Assembly (NCBI GenBank): GCA_965235115.1
Contig: OZ249452.1
Span: 19,096,001-19,160,000 of the forward strand
Reading direction: 5' to 3'
Length of the DNA: 64,000 nucleotides
From: Laetmonice hystrix
Lineage: Eukaryota
Both the position numbers and the translations under genes were made by a program. Under the pieces are notes generated by a model. It saw only the letters and a program-made list of their open reading frames with translations. It was not told the origin of the DNA and made no database searches. Each line of letters opens with the position of its first letter. Position 1 is the stretch's first letter. Positions 1-11,100 of the stretch are shown here, in pieces.

Positions 1-510
1 TAGGGTGGGAAAGACTGGGTAGGGGTTCCTAAATGGCGGCGTTCCCACACCGTTGAGAGGGTCAATAAACCGATATGTGGAAAGAGGCCATTAGAGGACC
101 GGGCGATTGTGATTGGATAACGAGACCAGAGGTAGCGCCCTCTACCGCCGTTGTAAGTCATTATAAACCTATCACTGCCTCCTTTTAAAAGGTGCGGACC
201 CATTCCAGAGGCGTCAGATGTAAGGTGCCTAGGTAGGGTGCTTAAAACGGGTATAAACCCTACCCTGGGGTGGAAGAAGGCTAAAATAATGGGATTTAAA
301 AAGCCAAAGGAGTGCAGGTTACCTCAATATCTGGGAGTAAAGATCGTTACGGTGGCAAGGGTTCAACATAAGGCGGAATAACGTCGACAAGATATGAATT
401 GGGAATGCGTGGTGGTGGTTTTCCATATGTAGATGATATCAGCTTCATAGAGAAAGGTTCTGATTTTATGGAAAGGAAGGCGCCCCATGTATGATCTGTG
501 AATGAAACAG

Positions 511-600
511 TGGACTTGAATTGGGAGAGAATGAGCACATCGGACTTGAATTGGGAGAGAATGAGCACATTGGGCTTGAATTGGGAGTGAATGAGCACAT
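511..600. repeat. 30-bp tandem repeat x3
   Basis: Unit ~GGACTTGAATTGGGAGAGAATGAGCACAT recurs at 511, 541, 571; it explains the SQFKS-VLIL repeats in ORF 347..598. Confidence 0.9.
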
Positions 601-1329
601 GAAGAAATGTATCTTAAGGTACTTAAGTTTTTAGAAATGATCAGGTGGAGAATTAGGAAAAGTCGCCATGGATTAGTTAGTGTAATCTAGGGGTGTTTGA
701 CAACCTGATCCAGGTTAGCCTTTGACTGAAGGCGGATGGAGGGGGGGGGGGGGGGTGTCTCAAGGCTCCTGGGAGATTCCTTTCCAACACACTCGATAAA
801 CTGAAAGACGAGGAGCGATTTGCTGGATGAAAGCTCTCATCTGATTAGCTCTTCCACATAATTTGGGCGCGTGATTGGCGAGTTGTATGCCTGAAGCTAC
901 CGAATTAGCCAATGGGATGCTGCGGAGGCATTATCTGCTGATAGGAGCCTGCCTTGGCACAATGGATCATTGTTCTGTCTAGTGTTGCCCATAGCAACAT
1001 AAATCTTCCACTAAGAATCACTTAAGCTAGGAGACTCTGAGCCGGCCAGCTCCCCAATCCACCACAAGTCTCCCGGCGCGTGTTGCCGTGGCGACAAATT
1101 ACCTTCACGTCGACTAGATTACTTTCAAGGCGCTGCATTATGGTCCGGGCCGGCAGCATACCGCGGGAGACGTTTTTAAGGAGGAGGGGGGGGGGGCTGA
1201 GTTATAGAATGCAGAACTCTTCAACTGAACATAGGGGGATAAAAGCCTCTCAGTTTTATACCCAAAATATGAGTAGGGGAAAGCGCGATCCTCAAAACAC
1301 AGTAATTTATTTATTGTGAGATCGTGTTT

Positions 1330-1588
1330 CCGGTCAGAATACTGGATGTCCATTGACTGGCCGGTCAGAATACTGGATGTCCATTGATTGGCCGGTCAGA
1401 ATACTGGATGTCCATTGATTGGCCGGTCAGAATACTGGATGTCCATTGATTGGCCGGTCAGAATACTGGATGTCCATTGATTGGCCGGTCAGAATACTGG
1501 ATGTCCATTGATTGGCCGGTCAGAATACTGGATGTCCATTGATTGGCCGGTCAGAATACTGGATGTCCATTGATTGGCCGGTCAGAAC
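1330..1588. repeat. 31-bp minisatellite, ~8 copies
   Basis: Unit CCGGTCAGAATACTGGATGTCCATTGATTGG, near-identical copies; each carries a reverse CCAAT box (GATTGG). Confidence 0.95.
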
Positions 1589-2246
1589 CTAAGCTTAAGC
1601 TTCAGCCAGATCTTAAGTTTTTAAACTGGTTTTTAGTTTCAAATCTTAAGATTCAAATCTTAAGATTGAATTCTTGTTTCAGATTGGTCCTTCAAATGAA
1701 GTGAGCTAATGACAGACCATAACACAAGTCAGTCTTAGAATTCCAGTCTTAAGATTGGTAAAATGACGAACTAAAAACCGGGGACTGGGCTATGAATTCC
1801 GATTAGGTTTTAGGTTAGAAAACAGTAATGGATTTTTTACTCTGACTATTTAATGAGGTAGAGATATTACATAAGTTGATATACGAAGTGGACATTGGCT
1901 GGTATCATAATATATCATCTGCTCCTTCCAAAGCTGCTGTGCCACCAATAAACTTGCATCATTGTGGGCAATTTGCAAGTAGTCCCAGGATCACGCCTAG
2001 GGTAGCACGATCAAGTCGCATCAGGAATTCATGGTTTAGAGCCACCCTGTGAAACCCGTTATAACAGCCAGTAATGGGACGGTTTGATTGGCTGTCCCGG
2101 AGGGGTCAGGGGTCGCACTCAAGGGATCAGTGACAGCTGCTGGTTTCCCTGTCATAGGAAATTAGTACGTCAGACTTACGGTACCTTCATGAAACTGGAT
2201 ATTTTTGTTTCTTCATGAGACTCGTTTTTTTATTTTGTAAGGACAT

Positions 2247-2666
2247 CAGGGTGTCAAGTTCCTATTTTCTCCTATTTTTTCCTATTTTTCAGCATTATTC
2301 CTATTTTTCCTATTTTTGGAGTAAACTTCCTATTTTTTCCTATTTTTTAGGCAGATCCCAAAAATATTCCTAAACATGTCTTTAGTCGATTTTTATAATC
2401 CGTAAAATTGCGTGAATTTCAATAAATGGTACCAAAGTGAAGACCACCTCGTCGCTGGACATTTTTTTATAAAGACTTAAGCTTTAAAATCTCAAAAAAA
2501 TTAGTCAAAAAAGATAACATGTTTATCTAAGTCGATACTGACTATTAAAAAAAATTCCTATTTTCCATATATTTTTTGTTTGATATTCCTATTTTATTCT
2601 TATTTTTTGGGACAGCACATTCCTATTTTCCTATTTTTTTGAGGGTCATTGGCACTTGACACCCTG
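2247..2666. mobile_element. Non-autonomous DNA transposon (MITE), CAGGG-ended, hAT-like
   Basis: 13-bp TIR CAGGGTGTCAAGT / ACTTGACACCCTG; flanking GGACAT on both sides (6-bp TSD); many internal TTCCTATTTT subterminal motifs. Confidence 0.8.
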
Positions 2667-4450
2667 GGACATGCAAAAAGTTCGAAACTGTACGAAATGT
2701 GGAAAGTTTTAATGGGTCTTTATGAGTTTGGTGGACAGGTTAAAGGAAGAGTTCAGGAGGAAAAAGCATGTGTTTTGTTTGGATCATATTATAAAAGTTA
2801 AAACAGCTGCAGAAAGATATATGCAAAGATTTGTGTTGCCTTTTACCTATCTATAACCATTGCGAAGGAACATTATTTTTTTCATGAACTGAATCAATGT
2901 TTTTAAAAGGAAGTTGAAGCACTTTTGGGGGTAGGCTTTTTATGAAAAAATAAAGCCAGAAACTTTCAGGGGGAGTGAGTGACTTTTGGGGGAAATCTCT
3001 CCCCCATACACAGACCTGGAGCAACCCCTGGCTCAGTCTACAGTTGTTTGTTCTGAGAGAATCATATATCTGGAGCTGCTCCGTCTGCAGAGTCGACGAC
3101 GTAGCGTTCCATTCGATTGTGACGACAATAACGCCAGTTGAGAGCGAGGCTGTAATCAGTCCATATTGATGAATGGTAATTTGTTACGTACGCACGAGAT
3201 TGTTGTCTGAACACCGCCAGAACGTGGCTTGTCACGCGAAGTACCACCCGGCTGTCACTTTTCATTGTAAACGATTGATTTAAACTGCTATGTTCTCGCC
3301 ACTCGCTCTGTGGAGTGCGGTAGATTTTACGGCCCGTTTAGAAGGTTTGAGACCCGAGTGGTGAGAAGATGTACACAGAGAAAGGCTCCACAGTATTGTT
3401 CTCACAGAAAGAGAATCCGCGCAAAGCGGCAACACTCACTTTTGGCTCGTCACCATGGAGATGGGCGGATCGCGTGTCGATCCCAGATTTGTACGTCTTC
3501 AATTTGTGTGGTAATTTATCCTGCTATCCAGGAAGCTTGCGGCACGAAGCATCGCTCATACTTGGCTTGTTTCAGGCGGGCCTTGACAAAGATACACAGA
3601 TCTTCATTTTCTGAAATAGGTCATTGGGTTCGCAATTAGTCCATCGGAACGCTGGTGTCGACAGCAGCCGGAGGCAGCCGACAGAGGTCGCTGTATGAGA
3701 TCGGGTTTGGTGTCCGTAAATACACTTGAAGATCGATCGGTCAGCGATTGCTGGCGCAGTCAGTCTGTGTTTTGTCAGGTGGAGGGGTTTTTTTTTTTCT
3801 TTTCTTGAGAAAGGGAGACAAGTGTGTGTGGAATGAACAGCTGAACCAGGGGTGTGAGGGAGAGAGGGTGTGAATGAGCTCGGGCGTGGGGTAATAATAT
3901 ACAGGGTGGCATCAGAGGTGGTGGGGTGTCTGTAGAGTGTCTGGAGCGTGGCGGCTCCAGCCATGACTGGTCATTGCTGGGAGAAACCCTGAAGAAGTCA
4001 ATATGTAAAGAAAGGGACTCTCCCACACTGGAGACGTCACGCTATCAAACAATTTCCCGTCATGGACGTCACTTATGACCCAGCGTCCAGTCTGAGGTCG
4101 GTGGGATCATCCCATAATGCACTGCCCTGATCGTAGCCTCGTTTTGACGGCTGTAAAAGGGGAAACTGAAAGATGTGAGAGTGTGGATCAGGTGTGTAGT
4201 TAGCTTTTAGGAAAGTATGGGCGCAATGAAATGCCTGCAACCACCGGAGCCGCAAAGCTATGCTACGGGGTCGGGTACATACAGTCTACTCCCCTACCCA
4301 GGAAAAATTCAAAGGAAAGTTCATTTCTCTACATTCTCAGAACACAAATGTACATTTTCCTGGTGTCGAACTATCACATGTGGCCCTGATTTATGTCAAT
4401 TTTGACATCTAAGACATGAAACGTATTCTTTCATATATAACACAGGTTAG

Positions 4451-4761
4451 CCCCAATCTAATTAAAATTAGATCTTGGTAGGCCTATTCCGCGTCTCTCT
4501 CGGCTGTGTCAGTGCTGTCTGCGCTCCATAGGCTACCTGGATCTAAGGAAATCCCATTAGGGGTCACCTCAGGTTGACCTCTGGATTCAGCCAATCAGCG
4601 AGTCGCCTACGAAATCTTCGGTGTGCGCTCGTAGGCATTTTCAACGGCACACTGGAATCTGGGTCAAAGGGCAGCCTGAGGTGACCCCATACGGGATGCC
4701 GTTAGATCCTAGTATGGAGCGTATGCGAAATAACTAAGATCTAATTTTAATTAGATTGAGG
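4451..4761. mobile_element. Palindromic MITE (~310 bp)
   Basis: ~29-bp TIR CC(C/T)CAATCTAATTAAAATTAGATCTT(G/A)GT, plus further internal inverted arms (CGCTCCATA..., GGGGTCACCTCAGG); flanks TTAG/TTGG (imperfect 4-bp TSD). Confidence 0.75.
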
Positions 4762-4925
4762 TTGGCCCTAACCATAATAATAATATTTAGAAGTGCTAAA
4801 GTGACGATATGACGACCACGTTAGGACCCACTTTCACATCCTGTTACAGTCGTGTCGGTATGTTGAAGACAATTTTTGCCAGGTTTGTCAGAAGTTGACC
4901 AAAGATATTTTTCCGTGTATTCCAG

Positions 4926-5138
4926 GCTTTGCTTCGCCACCCAGACTGTGCGTCGGCCCGGACAAACCGGGACGGCGTCTTTACACAGATGCGACGTGCG
5001 TTAGACCTGATTCACCACGTGGTGGCCGATGGCGTACCAATGGATGGCGACCAGTCTCCGACCCCAGCTAATGGCGACTCGGGAATTAGCCTCGCTCAGC
5101 ACCAACCCACCGCCAGCAAGGCCAGCAAGGAGTTCGAT
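4926..5138 (+). CDS. CTNNAL1: Alpha-catulin exon (ALLRHPDC...SKEFD)
   Basis: ccag|GCT...GAT|gtcagt; 213 nt, 71 codons. Confidence 0.92.
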
Positions 5139-8100
5139 GTCAGTCCCTGGCTCTTAATTCTATATCTTGTATGAAATTGACTTTTTTTTTGTAGGAAAAA
5201 AATTTTGTAAAAAAGTAAAAAAATGTTGTAAGCTATAATTTTGTCCCCGGCCCTCGGCATATAATTCTTGTAACTTTGAGTCACTCTACTGCTTCTTACT
5301 ATATCTTATGTGTAATTCTCATTCTAGTTTTTAGTTTTACGGGGAATTTAAAGGAGATGTAAGATATCAGGGATATATATGTTTGAAGTTGACTTTGAAA
5401 GGTAAAAAAAAGAGGCACCCACGTGCGGCCATATGTGAATATTGGCGCACGCCACCCATGTCGGTGGGTGCGCATATGTGAATATTGGTTTTCACAATTG
5501 AAATTAGAAAGTGCCCCGGATATAGGCGCATGCGCCTGTATCCGGGTATAGGCGCATGCTCACTTAATGGCGCATGCGCCTTAAAGTGCGTCAATACGGT
5601 AATAGTTTCGTCAAAACACCAGGACCCTGGCTTTCTTTACCTCTGTCTCCTGACCAAGCCGCCAGGGGGAGCCAGTATCAGATTCTTATTGGCCCAAACC
5701 ACACCGACCAAACCGGGTGGTTAAAAAACCTGTCCTTTAATTAAGATCTGAGGAGCCCTGCCTGTTTGATTTCAGGATCTTGTTGAGATGACAAGGATGA
5801 CGTTAGTGGGCCCCAACACGGAGGGAAAGTTACAAAGTGCCTTAGAAACAACTATAGAAACAACCCAAGACTTCACCGATTCGGCGTACACTTCACATGA
5901 AAACCGCGAGCGAATCTTGATGTTGTGTGATCGGCTTCGGCAGGAGCTCACCATACTCCTACGGATAGGAATCAGACTGGTAATTAATGACCAGTCTTAA
6001 TTAACCTCCAATTTCATTCTCATTAGAAGTAATTTTTTGTGGGAGACGTCATATGAGAAAGGGGTGTGTTTCACAGTCATCGTGTTACCTGTCCTGTGTA
6101 AAAATACCTCTGTGTTACCGACACGACAAGGCAACGGTAGGTTTCGAAACGCACCCCTACCAGTCAGGCTTTCATACAGAGGGGGGGACGGGGGGAGTAA
6201 ACCCCCTGCATAACTTGGACAAGGGGGAATATCCCCCTCCTCCCATCAACCTGCAGAGCAACCTTTTTTTTAAAGCAGGCAAGCACCTATAATATAAAAT
6301 CTTATCAATGCTCCTTACGATGGTCAATATTTCAAAAGTTGGAATGAAAATTCCTGAAAAAAAATTCTGGGGGAGGGTCGCCAGACCCCCCCCCCCCCCT
6401 CCCTGCTCGGGCATGGATTATCCCATCCATCAATGAGAGACTTCACACTCCTTGAGACGCATGCGCAACAGCACATTTCCAGTTATATCCGCGTGGCGGC
6501 AGCACTGTCGCCCGGTCCTCTTGGCTACACATTAGTATGAAGTTAGATAGGACGATGAAATGCTAATCTGTGGCAGGATGTGTTTAGACTATTTGTTTTG
6601 AAAAATAATAACTTGATAGGCTTCACCATGTTGTAGAACTCCTAAACGTACCATAATATTTCATAGCAAATAGCACTACGGCACCCAGCGATAGATTAGC
6701 ATTTCGTCGACCTGTCTAACGTCATAATAATGCGGCCCAAGGGGACCGGGTTGATAGTGCTGCCGCCACGCGGAAAAGACGGTAAGAAAGTCCCTCATTA
6801 TCCTACCAGTGAATAGAAAGTGATAACACAATGGCTGCGTACTGTTCCAGGATCAGAAAGACAACACATCACCCAACCAGGAACTGGAGACTGCCATCTT
6901 GAAGACTAAGGAGGCCTCCAAAAACCTCCGCAAACAAGTGGGTTTATAAAGTTATTAGTTCTACCCTGAGATCAAGTACATGTACTTGGTTAGACGAAGT
7001 GGAGAGTCTAGAGTTGGTGAAGACGTACCATCTGTTAATGCTAATGGATTGTACTCTGTGTTTGAGTTTAGTAAGATTGCTGAATTTGGTTTTCTTGGGC
7101 TGATGCTTAAACAAATTCTTGACATCTAGCCTTCAAACAGACTGGGTGGTTTACCGTTAATTTAGGACATGTAAAATCTATTTTATCCATTAGTTTTAAA
7201 TATTCACTTGACGTTTGTTGTGACCAGTTGCAAGACACAGCCATGGACCAAGCGTCGGAAGTATTCAAGTCGAATGAGGATCATGAACTGTTGACCCAGC
7301 TCAAAACGAGAGGAATGAGTGGCGAGGGAGGCGGGGTGGCAGAACTAGCCGTCAAATTCCAGGAACACTCAGACCAACTTCAAGAGGTATTTAACTGTTC
7401 TATCAGGGAGAAATTTACCAGGGATCTATTGGGGGGGGGGGGGGGGAGTAGTTATTGGTCACAGAGATTGTTTGTTTGTTCGTATTGACCAAGTGTGTAA
7501 GTTGTGGGTGAAATTGTTGGTCACAGAGTTTGTTCATTGTTTTTGACTAGGTCTGTAAGTTATTGGTCACAGGGTTCGTTAATTGTTTTTGACCAGGTCG
7601 GTATGTTATTGGTCACAGGGTTTGTTCATTGTTTTTGACTAGGTCTGTAAGTTATTGGTCACAGGGTTTGTTTATTGTTTTTGACTAGGTCTGTAAGTTA
7701 TTGGTCACAGGGTTTGTTCATTGTTTTTGACCAGGTCTGTAAGTTATTGGTCACAGGGTTTGTTTATTGTTTTTGACTAGGTCTGTAAGTTATTGGTCAC
7801 AGGGTTTGTTCATTGTTTTTGACTAGGTCTGTAAGTTATTGGTCACAGGGTTTGTTTATTGTTTTTGACCAGGTCTGTAAGTTGTTACGGCACATAGCAG
7901 TCACCGACCCTCTCATCGTGTGGGCAGAACACGCGGAGGTCTCACTCAAAGGTCTTGGCCCTCAGGTGAGTCACACCATGCCCGCTAGGGGGCGCTGTCT
8001 CCACTTCGCGTCCCGCTAGGTGTCGCTCTGACGTCGATATCATCACAAAGTCCACTTTAACACGTAAATGACGTCAGAATTCTGTCAACTAAAGTGATAA

Positions 8101-11100
8101 TAAATAAGTATCTTCACAAAATTTAGCGGTTGAATGATTTCAAAATGAAAACGTTGAGATTGTTAACATTGATTCAGTGTGCACTATCTGCTCCATGGTT
8201 ATAAGTGTTTGACCTCTGACCTCTGCAGGCCATCTCGTCGGCGCAGACGTTAGCGCACCACTCGACGAGTAAGATCGCCAAGGAGAACTTGGAGGTGTTC
8301 GCGGACGCGTGGGCGGCACAGATAAATGACCTTTCTGTACTCGTCAAGGACATCAATGAGATATGTCAAGGGAAGACGGAACGCCAAGTCTACATGTCGC
8401 TGCCAAGGCCGGGGGTGAGTTTCCATGGTGACCCTCACATGGCAACGGTCACCCAGGCTTTCACTCTGGAATGAGGTTATAGTTTGGGATTTAGAAAGCT
8501 GTTGCCAAGGGTGAATATGACCTTTCCAGGGGTTGTACAACCCATGGAACGCCAGTGGATATAAAATTTTTCAAACGTTTTTAATGTTAAAAAGTTTTTT
8601 CCTCTTTTCTGTACCTCCAGAACTAATATAACCTAGTTGATGGCATTTTGGTTTATTTCATTTCTTAGCATATTTGCTCATTTAAGAAGTAGAAATAGAT
8701 CCAGGAATGGCGAGCATTTTTTCTCTTTGCTTTCTGGTGACCATGTGTAATGAAGTTTAGGCCTGTGTCACACTATGTCAGGTGATAACTTTGTTAAGGA
8801 ATGTTTGTATGAACCCATGTCTCATGTGACATAGCATGTTAGACAACCACTGTAGGAATAGGAATCATGTTGTAGAGTTTCACAACTCAGTAGACAAATG
8901 TAGAGTAGAGCCAATTTATTAGTAGTTAACTTAACCAGAGAATGTGTTTCTACCATGCACATAACACCCCCTACTGAGTGGCGGATCCAGGGGGGCAAAG
9001 GGGCCATGGCCCTCCTAAAAATCGGAAATTTTTAAAAACTAGGGTAGATTTTCTTTAGATATTTGCTGCCTTTTTTTCACAAGGAGAAGATGTCATTGTC
9101 CCAGGGCAGGAGGTCCACAGGTGTACCTGTACTGGCATGATCCTGTTGCTATGGCAATGATAGATATAACCATTGACCTCTTTTAGAGTGACCTCCCACT
9201 CAGAGTTCAGTAAGTGTGTAAGTATTGTTGTAGGTATGCATGTAACCATAGCGCCTACTCGTGACCTTTGAACCCAGGAGGACCCCTCCATCCCCCAGGC
9301 TAGATTCACACTGGGGCATGCTAACTTACCCCACCCCCACCCTACCCCAAGCAGGTATGTGGTTCTAACGAAGAATAAAAATCACCGAGCCTAAAGGCTG
9401 CTACGCTTTGTCTAAACTTAGGACTTACGGTACTTCTCTCTCAGTCAGCCATTGGGCCATCAAGTCACGTGATTCGAAGTCACGTGACGTACCTCTCCAC
9501 CAATCAGCGTCACCGTGAGCTTGACGGTTCAACTATTGTGTTTGCGTCCCATCCAGGGTGCGGCTTGTGGAACTGCGTTTGTATAATATAAACCAAACCC
9601 AAAAGTTACAACCTCGGGGCTGTTTTTCTCGATTTAGTTCATGTTATACGATAAACAATATATGCTGTTATTCGTCTCAGCTGAGCAGCCTGACTTCAAA
9701 AAAAGGAATTTTAATTTCTGTCTAATTTAAGTTGCGAGTAGTAAGATTGCGTTCTTTCTCAGTTTTGAAGCGACTTTGAGACCCTCTATTAATCTAGGCC
9801 CTATATGTTCAAACACAGGACTCTGAGACCCTCTATTAATCCAGGCCCCATATGTTCAAACACAGGACTCTGAGACCCTCTATTAATCCAGGCCCCATAT
9901 GTTCAAACACAGGACTCTGAGACCCTCTATTAATCTACGCCCCATATGTTCAAAAACAGGACTCTGAGACCCTCTATTAATCTAGGCCCCATATGTTCAA
10001 AAACAGGACTCTGAGACCCTCTATTAATCTACGCCCCATATGTTCAAAAACAGGACTCTGAGACCCTCTATTAATCTACGCCCCATATGTTCAAAAACAG
10101 GACTCTGAGACCCTCTATTAATCTAGGCCCCATATGTTCAAACACAGGACTCTGATACCCTCAATTAAACTAGGCCCCATATGTTCAAACACAGGACTCT
10201 GAGACCCTCTATTAATCTAGGCCCCATATGTTCAAACACAGGACTCTGAGACCCTCTATTAATCTAGACCCCATATGTTCAAACACAGGACTCTGAGACC
10301 CTCTATTAATCTAGACCCCATATGTTCAAACACAGGACTCTGAGACCCTCTATTAATCTAGACCCCATATGTTCAAACACAGGACTCTGAGACCCTCTAT
10401 TAAACTAGACCCCATATGTTCAAAAACAGGACTCTGAGACCCTCTATTAATCTAGACCCCATATGTTCAAACACAGGACTCTGAGACCCTCTATTAATCT
10501 AGGCCCCATATGTTCAAAAACAGGACTCTGAGACCCTCTATTAATCTAGACCCCATATGTTCAAACACAGGACTCTGAGACCCTCTATTAATCTAGGCCC
10601 CATATGTTCAAAAACAGGACTCTGAGACCCTCTATTAATCTAGGCCCCATATGTTCAAAAACAGGACTCTGAGAACTGATACCAGGTTCTTTCATCCTCG
10701 GCCTGCTCCATCCATATAAAACAACCAGCAAACATTCTGTATCTGAGAAAAACTACGATAAATGAGAACACAACTTAATGTGTTTCTTGTAGGTGTGCTG
10801 CCCAAGGTCGCACAGTCAGACAACTTGATGTGTTTCTTGTAGGTGTGCTGCCCAAGGTCGCACAGTCAGACAACTTGATGTGTTTCTTGTAGGTGTGCTG
10901 CCCAAGGTCGCACAGTCAGACAACTTGATGTGTTTCTTGTAGGTGTGCTGCCCAAGGTCGCACAGTCAGACAACTTGATGTGTTTCTTGTAGGTGTGCTC
11001 CCCAAGGTCGCACAGTCACCTTTTTTACCCTGACGTTCACTATGAGAACCAGGTTTGAAAGATAGCTTAATTAGTTAAGTGTTCAAACTTTGTTATAATT

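Noticed and set aside
9777-11018. Regular arrays superficially like CRISPR
   Set aside because: Head-to-tail units with no unique spacers, a eukaryotic intronic context, and no cas genes anywhere in the window.
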